DNA from: Geotalea daltonii FRC-32
Lineage (GTDB): Bacteria; Desulfobacterota; Desulfuromonadia; Geobacterales; Geobacteraceae
Direction: 5' to 3'
Assembly: GCF_000022265.1 (NCBI RefSeq)
Contig: NC_011979.1
Coordinates: 2,760,001 to 2,792,000, forward strand
Length of the DNA: 32,000 bases
Both the position numbers and the translations under genes were made by a program. Numbering within the stretch: position 1 is the first letter of the stretch; each line of letters begins with the position of its first letter. The notes beneath the pieces are model-generated. The model ran no database searches and was not told where the DNA came from. It worked only from the letters and a program-made list of their open reading frames with translations. This document shows, piece after piece, positions 16,023 through 23,523 of this stretch.

Positions 16023-16741
16023 AACTGGTCATCTGTGCAGGGCCGGCCACCACCGGCAAAACTTCCGTACTACGGCACATGGTTCGTAAGATCCTTGCCG
16101 GTGGACGCAAGGCGGCATTCCTGAAAATCGACGTTCAGTATGCCGATGAGGATCTGGCCCTTGCCGGAGAGTTCGGCATTCCCACGCGCAAGGTTTACTC
16201 GGGGGAACTTTGCCCTGACCACTGCAACGTCATGGTGCTGGGTGACGCCCTGCAGTGGGCGAGGAAGGAAGGATGCCAGGTGCTGCTGGTGGAGACGGCG
16301 GGGCTGTGTCTGCGCTGCTCTCCCTATGTGGAGGGCGCACTGGGCATGATCGTCCTGGAGGCGACCAGCGGCATGAACCTGCCGCTCAAGGTGGGGCCGA
16401 TGCTTTCACTGGCGGACATTGCCGTAGTGACCAAGATCGACAGGGTCTCCCAGGCTGAACGGGAGGTGTTCCGGGCGCGCATCCAGGATGTGGCGCCCTT
16501 GGTTAAGATCCGGGAAGTTCACGCCCTGCACGGCATCGGTATTGATCCTCTCCTTGACTATCTGGATCAGAGCCCGGACGTGCTCTTCAACGGCGACAAT
16601 ACGCCACAGCGCATGCTGCTCCGCGGCAATCCACCGGTGGGGACCTGTACCATCTGTGTCGGCAAGAAAGAAATCGGCTGGCAGTCCCACTTTGGCGTGG
16701 TTCGGCCCCTGGAAAACCAGACCTTCTATCGCGGGGAATGA
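16019..16741 (+). CDS. G3E-family (HypB/UreG/CobW-like) P-loop GTPase, putative metallochaperone
   Basis: 240 aa. It has the P-loop GPATTGKTS, a switch II VETAG followed by LCLRC, and TKID (an NKxD variant). It is start/stop-coupled to both neighbours. Confidence 0.75.
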   Translation: MKLVICAGPATTGKTSVLRHMVRKILAGGRKAAFLKIDVQYADEDLALAGEFGIPTRKVYSGELCPDHCNVMVLGDALQWARKEGCQVLLVETAGLCLRCSPYVEGALGMIVLEATSGMNLPLKVGPMLSLADIAVVTKIDRVSQAEREVFRARIQDVAPLVKIREVHALHGIGIDPLLDYLDQSPDVLFNGDNTPQRMLLRGNPPVGTCTICVGKKEIGWQSHFGVVRPLENQTFYRGE

Positions 16742-17877
16742 TCATGTCAGCACGGATCTATTTCGACAATTCGGCTACCACGCCCCTGGACCCGCAGGTG
16801 CGGCAGGCCATGTCTCCCTTCCTCGATGCCGTCTACGGCAATCCATCCAGCATGCACCGGGAAGGATTGGAGGCGCGTCAGGCGGTCGAATATGCCCGAA
16901 GTCAGGTGGCAGCGCTGCTCGGCGCCAATGGGGATGAGATTATCTTTACGGCCAGCGGTACCGAGGCGTCCAATCTGGCCCTTTGGGGTACGGTGCAGGC
17001 TCAACTGGGTTGCCACGTAATCACCACAACCATTGAACATCCGGCGGTACTCCAGACTTGCCGCGCGCTGGCATCGGCAGGGATCGAAGTCACCCGCCTT
17101 CCGGTAGGGGGCGACGGCATCGTCGATCCGGCAGCCCTTGCGGTAGCACTGCGGCCCACGACCCGACTGGTATCGGTGATGGCTGCCAACAACGTGGTGG
17201 GGACCTTGCAACCCATTGCCGAACTGGCACTCATTACCCGTAACCATGGGGCGGTATTCCACTGCGATGCGGTGCAGGCGGTGGGGAAGATTCCCCTGGA
17301 CATGGGGAGGCTGCCGGTTGACTTGCTCTCCCTTTCCGCCCACAAGTTCCATGGTCCCAAGGGGGTAGGGGCTCTGTACATTCGAAAAGGAGTCAGGCTT
17401 TCGCCCCTTATCCACGGAGGCGGTCAGGAAAAGGGCTTGCGTTCGGCAACGGAGAATGTCGCCGGCATCGTCGGTCTGGGCGCTGCGGCTGCCATCGCCG
17501 CCAATGGCATGTCGGCAGAAACGGCCAGGCTGGTTTGTTTGCGTGACCGCCTTCTAGATCGCCTTCTGCAGCGCATCCCCCAGGCCTACCTGATCGGTCA
17601 CCGCTACCGGCGCCTGCCCGGGCATCTCTGCCTCGGGATAGACGGCAGGGAAGGGGAGACCATCAAGCTCCTCATGGCCTTGGATGACGCAGGCATTGCC
17701 GTCTCCACCGGCAGCGCCTGCAGCGCCAGCCATGGCGGTGAGCCTTCGTACATTCTTTCGGCCATGGGCTACGACCCGCTGCGGGCTCGCGGTTCGCTGC
17801 GCATAACCCTTGGCCGATTCAATACTGAGAAGGAAGTGGATCATTTTATTGATGTCATTGCTGCACAAATAAATTAA
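16738..17877 (+). CDS. nifS: Cysteine desulfurase, NifS/IscS class
   Basis: 379 aa. It has the PLP lysine SAHKFHGPKG and the catalytic Cys loop STGSACSA. ATG 16738 overlaps the GTPase stop, and ATG 16744 is an alternative start. Confidence 0.93.
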   Translation: MIMSARIYFDNSATTPLDPQVRQAMSPFLDAVYGNPSSMHREGLEARQAVEYARSQVAALLGANGDEIIFTASGTEASNLALWGTVQAQLGCHVITTTIEHPAVLQTCRALASAGIEVTRLPVGGDGIVDPAALAVALRPTTRLVSVMAANNVVGTLQPIAELALITRNHGAVFHCDAVQAVGKIPLDMGRLPVDLLSLSAHKFHGPKGVGALYIRKGVRLSPLIHGGGQEKGLRSATENVAGIVGLGAAAAIAANGMSAETARLVCLRDRLLDRLLQRIPQAYLIGHRYRRLPGHLCLGIDGREGETIKLLMALDDAGIAVSTGSACSASHGGEPSYILSAMGYDPLRARGSLRITLGRFNTEKEVDHFIDVIAAQIN

Positions 17878-17896
17878 CAAACCTTAAAGTCAGTAA

Positions 17897-17977
17897 CCAC
17901 GAATGACACGAATAAACACGAATTTGTCAAACCTTGGGGTTTTGTTCTTCATTCGTGGCCATTCGTGCGATTCGTGG
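17897..17977. repeat. Symmetric heptamer array: 3 x CACGAAT then 3 x ATTCGTG
   Basis: CACGAAT occurs at 17898, 17907 and 17917. ATTCGTG occurs at 17951, 17961 and 17970. The spacings of 9 and 10 nt mirror the spacings of 10 and 9 nt around a centre near 17937. Confidence 0.9.
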
Positions 17978-18017
17978 CTAATAAAGCTTGTATTAATAGG
18001 GTAAAGGAGCATCAACA

Positions 18018-18743
18018 ATGAGTGAACCAGTAAAAATGATAGATATAAACGACCTTCCAGGCTTGAACTGTGGGGTCTGCGGTTTTCGTCTCTGCGAGGA
18101 ATTTGCTGCCAGATTGAAAACCGACCCCGGCCTTCTGCCTCGCTGCATTCATCTTTCTGCCAACAGCCATGCGGCCCCCAATTCTCCTGAACAGTCGAAA
18201 ACTGTCCCTCAAAGCTGCGGCGGCTGCCACAGCTTTGTCGATGGCACAACAGCGAAGGTCGATCTGGCGGACGCCCAGTGGACCGATTCCCTGGGGCGGG
18301 AATTCGATTTCTACCTGGAACATTTTCCCGAAGAGCCGGGACCCAGGGAAATCATCATTCCCCATAACCCGATCATTACCCGGGAGATGGAGATTGCCCC
18401 CGGCGACATCCTCATCGGCCGCCCCCTGGGCATGTCCTGCGGATGCCCCATCACTCACTGCGGAGTGGTCAAGGAGGTTGACTTGCGCACCGGCGTCATC
18501 GTCTGGTGCGTGACTGGGCCACTGACCCCAAGGGAAAAAGGCTTCAAGGATATGGGCTATTACATTGCCGAAGGGTACGAGGGGCTGATTGCCAAAAGCA
18601 GGGTGGACCCCAAGATCGGCATGCGTTATTACTTCCAGCCCAGCATGTGCATGCTCCAGTGGCGTCACAGCGGCCTGGTCAATTACCTGAACCGTACGGA
18701 GAGCGGACTGCAGGTCAGGGTAGAAGGGCTGTGGATTGGCTGA
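18018..18743 (+). CDS. Cys-rich protein with an N-terminal RnfB/CODH-type putative Fe-S cluster domain
   Basis: 241 aa. LPGLNCGVCGFRLCEEFAARLKTDPGLLPRC gives a C-x2-C-x4-C-x16-C pattern, as in the Pfam FeS (PF04060) domain. Further Cys clusters are SCGGCH and GMSCGCPITHCG. The RBS is AAAGGAG. Confidence 0.7.
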   Translation: MSEPVKMIDINDLPGLNCGVCGFRLCEEFAARLKTDPGLLPRCIHLSANSHAAPNSPEQSKTVPQSCGGCHSFVDGTTAKVDLADAQWTDSLGREFDFYLEHFPEEPGPREIIIPHNPIITREMEIAPGDILIGRPLGMSCGCPITHCGVVKEVDLRTGVIVWCVTGPLTPREKGFKDMGYYIAEGYEGLIAKSRVDPKIGMRYYFQPSMCMLQWRHSGLVNYLNRTESGLQVRVEGLWIG

Positions 18744-18770
18744 CGCATGGCTGTCAGCGGCATTGCAGTT

Positions 18771-18885
18771 CTAGGAGTCTGTCGGACTTAGAATGAATCG
18801 GCTGCGAAAATGGCAAATCGGTCCGGATCTCTGTAAATTTTCGACAATTCTCTCGCTTCTATCCCTAAGTCCGACAGACTCCTAG
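18771..18885. repeat. 115-bp element bounded by a perfect 21-bp inverted repeat (MITE-like or structured RNA)
   Basis: CTAGGAGTCTGTCGGACTTAG (18771-18791) and CTAAGTCCGACAGACTCCTAG (18865-18885) are separated by a 73-bp spacer. Confidence 0.85.
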
Positions 18886-18933
18886 TATCAGCTATATTTG
18901 CCTGCCAGGGAGACTGAAAGTGCAAATATAAAA

Positions 18934-18962
18934 TTGACAAGAAAAAGATGTAAGCCTATAAA
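18934..18962 (+). promoter_or_regulatory. Sigma70-type promoter of the GAPDH gene
   Basis: TTGACA (18934-18939), a 17-nt spacer, then TATAAA (18957-18962), in an AT-rich stretch. Confidence 0.45.
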
Positions 18963-18996
18963 GTTGATAGACTTAAAAAAAAGAGTTCTATCATTT

Positions 18997-20031
18997 ATGG
19001 ATAAAATAAATAATAATCAGCGCCCGGTGCGCGTCGCCATCAACGGTTTCGGTCGCATCGGTCGCACTGTTTTGCGCCAGGCCCTAGGGCAACCCCACAT
19101 TCAGATCGTCGCCATCAACGATCTTGCCGATTCGACCATGATCATACACCAGCTCAGGTACGATTCTACCCATGGCGTTTATCCCGGCAATATCGGGCTT
19201 CGGGGCGATGTTATGACCCTTGGTGGAAGTTCAATCCGGCTGTTGCACCAGAGCTCTCCGGCGGATCTGCCCTGGTTCGAGGAGAAGGTGGATGTGGTAA
19301 TCGAGGCGACCGGTCGTTTCACCTCCCGGGCTGCAGCTGCATTACACCTGGGTGCCGGTGCCGGCAGGGTTGTCATTTCTGCACCGTCTGCCGACGCCGA
19401 TCTTATGCTGGTGATGGGGGTTAATGACCGTCTTTTTGATCCCGATCGTCACGTGGTCATCTCCAATGCCTCATGTACCACCAACTGTCTGGCGCCACTC
19501 CTCAAAGTCCTTCATGAATCCTTCGGCATCAAAAAAGCGCTGATGACTACTGTTCATCCCTACACCAACAATCAACCGCTCCACGACGCCCCCCATTCCG
19601 ACCTGCGCCGGGGCAGGGGGGGCGCCCAGTCTATTATTCCCACCACAACAACGGCCATTCAGGCTGTAACACAGGTCATGCCGGAGCTTTCCGGCAGGAT
19701 CGACGGCATGGCCATCCGTGTGCCGACCGCGGCTGTTGCCAACATCGATCTGGTGGCAGAGCTGGAAAGTACGGCCGATACAGCGATGATCAACGCTGCA
19801 TTTGCCAAGGCAGCCAAGGGGCAACTGAAAAATATTCTCGCCATATCCAATGAATCGCAGGTTTCAACCGATTTCCAGGGGTGCAGATATTCTGCTGTTC
19901 TTGATGCACCCTGCACCAGCGTCATTGAAGGGAATCTGATCAAGATCCTGGCCTGGTACGATAACGAGAGCGGTTATTCAAGCCGATTACTCGACCTGAT
20001 CAGGCTGGTCGGCATATCATGCCCATCCTGA
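18997..20031 (+). CDS. gap: Type I glyceraldehyde-3-phosphate dehydrogenase family protein (paralog)
   Basis: It has NGFGRIGR (NAD binding), the catalytic SNASCTTNCLAP, and WYDNESGYS. The start is moved to ATG 18997, because the ORF-track extension from 18898 runs through AT-rich promoter sequence. Confidence 0.88.
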   Translation: MDKINNNQRPVRVAINGFGRIGRTVLRQALGQPHIQIVAINDLADSTMIIHQLRYDSTHGVYPGNIGLRGDVMTLGGSSIRLLHQSSPADLPWFEEKVDVVIEATGRFTSRAAAALHLGAGAGRVVISAPSADADLMLVMGVNDRLFDPDRHVVISNASCTTNCLAPLLKVLHESFGIKKALMTTVHPYTNNQPLHDAPHSDLRRGRGGAQSIIPTTTTAIQAVTQVMPELSGRIDGMAIRVPTAAVANIDLVAELESTADTAMINAAFAKAAKGQLKNILAISNESQVSTDFQGCRYSAVLDAPCTSVIEGNLIKILAWYDNESGYSSRLLDLIRLVGISCPS

Positions 20032-20137
20032 CCATCAATTGAGACTCCTCCATAACGTTCTGATGCCCGCGCCTGAAGCAGCCCATCCTTAGCACCCTTC
20101 ATAAACAGAAAAAGGTATATATCTGCTTATTCCTTTT

Positions 20138-20171
20138 CTTCGTGCCATGGGCTCGGAGTGGGTTTTTTTTT
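20138..20171 (+). terminator. Possible intrinsic terminator after gap
   Basis: CTTCGTGC and GCTCGGAG form an imperfect 8-bp stem with a 5-nt loop, followed by TGGG and T9 (20163-20171). Confidence 0.4.
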
Positions 20172-20230
20172 GCCTGATCCAGGAGGCTCTTATTAGTCTA
20201 CAAAATAAATCTACTAAATAGAAAAAATTC

Positions 20231-20259
20231 TTGACTTGTCAACTTTGGTTAGTTACGAT
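20231..20259 (+). promoter_or_regulatory. Sigma70-type promoter of the nifX-like/cysK pair
   Basis: TTGACT (20231-20236), a 17-nt spacer, then TACGAT (20254-20259). An ATAGAA box lies at 20218-20223. Confidence 0.4.
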
Positions 20260-20338
20260 TATTTCCACTGCAGCTCACCATAGAACCAAGATGTGGATTT
20301 AATGGCGAGCTAATCATATCTGGCAATGCGGGGGCAAA

Positions 20339-20692
20339 ATGGAGATAAGGGTGGCTGTTGCCAGCAGTAATGGCGCAACAGTAAACGAACATTTCGGCAG
20401 AGCGAAAAATTTCACAATTTATCGTCTGGTGGAGGAGATCTGGCAGCATGTGGAGGAGCGCCCAAATCTGCCCCCCTGCAATGGACACTGTCACAGCGAT
20501 GCCCTGCTGGAGCAAACCGCTACCCTGCTCAGGGACTGCCAGGGGGTCATCGTCAACCAGATCGGTCCCGGAGCCATGGATACCCTGCTGTATCGCAATA
20601 TCCTGCCCTTTGCCCTGAGCGGGTCAATTGAAGATGCCCTGGCAACGGTACGTGATTCAAAGCTGTTCCGGGTCCGCAATAAAATCGGATAA
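20339..20692 (+). CDS. NifX/NafY/NifB-C-terminal-like protein (dinitrogenase iron-molybdenum cofactor family fold)
   Basis: 117 aa. It reads RVAVASSNGATVNEHFGRAKNFTIYRL...LLRDCQGVIVNQIGPGAMDTL, the canonical pattern of the Nitro_FeMo-Co (PF02579) family. Confidence 0.8.
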   Translation: MEIRVAVASSNGATVNEHFGRAKNFTIYRLVEEIWQHVEERPNLPPCNGHCHSDALLEQTATLLRDCQGVIVNQIGPGAMDTLLYRNILPFALSGSIEDALATVRDSKLFRVRNKIG

Positions 20693-20741
20693 ATTCGACT
20701 CAAGGCAGAGTCGGTAATCAATTAAAAGGAGATCAATCATT

Positions 20742-21671
20742 ATGGCACGCATTGCGAGTAACCTGACGGAGCTGATCGGCAGAACACCACTTTTGCGACT
20801 CAGTCGCCTTGCCGAAGGCGCTGCTGCTGAAGTGGTGGCCAAACTGGAGTCATTCAACCCCGGAGGAAGCGTTAAGGACCGGATCGGCTTTTCCATGATC
20901 AAGGATGCCGAGGAGAAAGGGCTCATCACCAAGGATACGGTCATTATCGAGCCGACCAGCGGCAATACCGGCATTGCCCTGGCCTTCGTTGCAGCGGCAA
21001 AAGGGTACCGGCTTATCCTGACCATGCCCGACACCATGAGCGTTGAACGGCGGAACCTGCTCAAGGCATACGGTGCTGAACTGGTCCTTACTCCCGGAGC
21101 CAAGGGGATGAAAGGTGCCATTGAAAAAGCCGAGGAACTGGCTGCCGCCACACCCAATTCATTCGTTCCCCAACAGTTCAAAAATGCCGCCAATCCCGCC
21201 ATTCATCGCGCCACTACAGCTGAAGAAATATGGGCGGATACGGACGGCAAGGTGGATATACTGGTTGGTGGCGTAGGCACCGGCGGCACCATCACCGGCA
21301 TCGGCGAAATCATCAAGGGACGCAACTCTGACTTCAAGGTCGTAGCAGTTGAACCCTTCGATTCGCCGGTCCTGTCCGGCGGCGTACCTGGACCCCACAA
21401 GATCCAGGGCATCGGAGCCGGCTTTGTTCCAGGCGTACTCAATACCGGGATCATAGATGAAATTTATAAAGTTAAAAACGAAGAGGCTTTTGAAACTGCT
21501 CGCCGCGTTGCACGGGAAGAGGGTGTTCTGATCGGCATTTCCGGAGGTGCCGCAGCTTTTGCTGCTCTGCAGATTGCCAAAAGACCCGAGAACAAGGGGA
21601 AGCGAATCGTGGTGATCCTGCCTGACACCGGCGAGCGGTATCTGTCGACGGCGCTTTTTCAGGAAGTATAA
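20742..21671 (+). CDS. cysK: Cysteine synthase A (O-acetylserine sulfhydrylase)
   Basis: 309 aa. It has the PLP lysine [11 protein letters not shown], the substrate loop [12 protein letters not shown], and GTGGTITG. Confidence 0.95.
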   Translation: MARIASNLTELIGRTPLLRLSRLAEGAAAEVVAKLESFNPGGSVKDRIGFSMIKDAEEKGLITKDTVIIEPTSGNTGIALAFVAAAKGYRLILTMPDTMSVERRNLLKAYGAELVLTPGAKGMKGAIEKAEELAAATPNSFVPQQFKNAANPAIHRATTAEEIWADTDGKVDILVGGVGTGGTITGIGEIIKGRNSDFKVVAVEPFDSPVLSGGVPGPHKIQGIGAGFVPGVLNTGIIDEIYKVKNEEAFETARRVAREEGVLIGISGGAAAFAALQIAKRPENKGKRIVVILPDTGERYLSTALFQEV

Positions 21672-21712
21672 ATATTATTCTATTAAAACGATAGATTTAT
21701 AGAATTAAATTG

Positions 21713-21741
21713 TTGACAATGTAAGCAGAACAAAGTAATAA
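21713..21741 (+). promoter_or_regulatory. Sigma70-type promoter of the ABC importer operon
   Basis: TTGACA (21713-21718), a 17-nt spacer, then TAATAA (21736-21741). TTCTAT-N15-ATAGAA (21678-21704) lies just upstream. Confidence 0.4.
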
Positions 21742-21813
21742 AATAAGTACACCATTTAAGTGGCTTATTATTTTTTCACAGAACTACCCAAGATTGACTG
21801 ACCAGAAATACTG

Positions 21814-21866
21814 GAGGTCAAGGATAGGGCGCTTGAAGCGCTTCGTTTCCTTGACCTCTTTTTTTT
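21814..21866 (+). terminator. Strong intrinsic terminator in the cysK-ABC intergenic region (cysK terminator or leader attenuator)
   Basis: GAGGTCAAGGA (21814-21824) pairs with TCCTTGACCTC (21848-21858), with an inner GCGCT-tga-AGCGC hairpin, followed by T8 (21859-21866). It lies 73 nt downstream of the predicted -10 and 54 nt upstream of ATG 21920. Confidence 0.7.
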
Positions 21867-21919
21867 ACCCATTTCTGGCCAATTCTGCTGCGAATCAACC
21901 AAAAAGGACGTGGTTCAAA

Positions 21920-22735
21920 ATGCACGAAATTACCCTGACTAATATTTCATATGCCTATGGGGAACAAACTGTTCTTGAGGATATCAATTTTACTGCGGCA
22001 GCTGGTGAGTTCATCTGTCTGCTGGGGCCTTCTGGATGTGGCAAAAGCACCCTCCTTCGCCTGCTTGCCGGTCTTGCACGGCCAACCACCGGTACCCTGA
22101 CCCTTGATGGAAAACCGATCAATGGACCGGGACTGGACCGTGGGGTGGTCTTTCAGGATTACAGTCTTTTTCCCTGGATGACAGCAGGACAAAATGTCGT
22201 TCTGGCGCTTGAACAGGCTTTTCCAGGGAAATCCAGGGCCAGACTTCGCCAGACGGCCCAGGAGTATCTGGAGATGGTCGGGCTTCGGGATGTCTTCCAT
22301 AAACTGCCTGGGGCACTGTCCGGCGGGATGCGGCAGCGAGCTGCCATTGCCCGGGCTTTTGCCATCAATTCCCCGGTTTTGCTCATGGATGAACCTTTCG
22401 GCGCCCTTGACGCCATTACCCGTGCCCGGCTGCAGGACTTGCTGCTTCAACTGTGGCAGCAGAACACTGCCGAACGCAAAACCGTCTTCTTCGTCACCCA
22501 TGATGTGGAGGAAGCCATTCTCCTGGCCAGCAGGGTCATGGTCATGGGGCTGAATCCCGGTTCGGTGCGCGGTGTCTTTCCGGTGGACATTCCGCGACCG
22601 CGACGGCGCCAGGCACTGTACACCGATCCAGCCTTTCTCACCCTGCGCGACCGTCTGATCAGAGAACTTCATGCGGATGTGCTGGATGAACTGGATGAGG
22701 GACGAACGGTGCGAACGGCAGGGGAAGGTATCTGA
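21920..22735 (+). CDS. ABC transporter ATP-binding protein, NitT/TauT (nitrate/sulfonate/taurine/HMP) family
   Basis: 271 aa from ATG 21920, with an AAGGA RBS. It has Walker A GPSGCGKST, signature LSGGMRQR, Walker B LLMDEPFGALD and H-loop VTHD. The ORF-track extension from 21794 crosses the terminator. Confidence 0.9.
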   Translation: MHEITLTNISYAYGEQTVLEDINFTAAAGEFICLLGPSGCGKSTLLRLLAGLARPTTGTLTLDGKPINGPGLDRGVVFQDYSLFPWMTAGQNVVLALEQAFPGKSRARLRQTAQEYLEMVGLRDVFHKLPGALSGGMRQRAAIARAFAINSPVLLMDEPFGALDAITRARLQDLLLQLWQQNTAERKTVFFVTHDVEEAILLASRVMVMGLNPGSVRGVFPVDIPRPRRRQALYTDPAFLTLRDRLIRELHADVLDELDEGRTVRTAGEGI

Positions 22736-22736
22736 G

Positions 22737-23507
22737 ATGGCAGCGAGACGCCATGGAATCAGTGTCCTGCTGCTTATGGCCGTGCTGTTGATTCCTCATA
22801 CCGGGTTTACTGCGGTTAAAAAGCCCATTCGTATCGGTTACCTGGATAATCCTGGTGCCTTATTGGTGGTACAGGCGGCGACATATGGCTTCTATGATGA
22901 GCAAGGGATTAGGGTGATCCTTGTGCCTTTCAGGGATTCGCATAAGGGACTTGCGAAACTGGATCGACGCAAGCTGGATGCAGGGGCGTTTTCAGTCGGT
23001 GAAACACTCAAGAGAATAGCTGCCGGCTCCAGGATCAGCATTATCGCCGGGGGGGGCAGAAACCAGCAGCCGGACCAGCTTGCCGATCTGAAAACTGACG
23101 ATGTAGGGAAAGAATTGAGCCAGGGAATCGTCCTTGCCGTGTCCACCCAGTCGGGCGCTTCCGGCAAAGAGCTGCAGGTCAGGCTGGTAAAGGCCCTTAT
23201 TCTGGCCCATCGAGCCTTGGCCAACAGGACTTCAACCGGCGGTGCCGCAGCTGAAGCGGTCAGCCTCCACCTTGATCCAAACCCGGACTTCTGGAAGCTG
23301 CAGCAGCTCTGGACCTACCATGGGCTGCAGAACGAAACGATGACAAGGGATTTCCTCGCCAACCATGTGAACGAAGAGATCTACTGTGACGCCCTGGATG
23401 AACTGCTTGATGAAGACGGGCGCAAGGACCCGGTGCTGCTGAAGCTGAACAGCAGGGCTGTCTGTGTTCCCGACTGCTGTCCTGCTAAACCCGAAAAAAA
23501 ACGCTGA
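22737..23507 (+). CDS. Divergent, short NMT1/THI5-like periplasmic binding protein paralog (SBP1)
   Basis: 256 aa. It has a signal-like N-terminus (ISVLLLMAVLLIPHTGFTA). KPIRIGYLDNPGALLVVQAATYGFYDEQGIRV..KLDAGAF aligns with the N-lobe of the three downstream SBPs. The C-terminal half is divergent and ends in CVPDCCPAKPEKKR. Confidence 0.6.
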   Translation: MAARRHGISVLLLMAVLLIPHTGFTAVKKPIRIGYLDNPGALLVVQAATYGFYDEQGIRVILVPFRDSHKGLAKLDRRKLDAGAFSVGETLKRIAAGSRISIIAGGGRNQQPDQLADLKTDDVGKELSQGIVLAVSTQSGASGKELQVRLVKALILAHRALANRTSTGGAAAEAVSLHLDPNPDFWKLQQLWTYHGLQNETMTRDFLANHVNEEIYCDALDELLDEDGRKDPVLLKLNSRAVCVPDCCPAKPEKKR

Positions 23508-23523
23508 ATAAGGAGGGTATACG

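Noticed and set aside
17890-18249. ORF 17890-18249 (-) with the ...HESHEWPRMKNKTPRFDKFVFIRVIRGY tail
   Set aside because: Its 3' part is a translation of the CACGAAT/ATTCGTG heptamer array and its 5' part is antisense to the Fe-S protein gene, so it is not a real CDS.
21742-21919. SAM, T-box or other known riboswitch in the importer leader
   Set aside because: I could not find the conserved cores of these RNAs as I remember them. The structure is reported only as a generic terminator/attenuator candidate.
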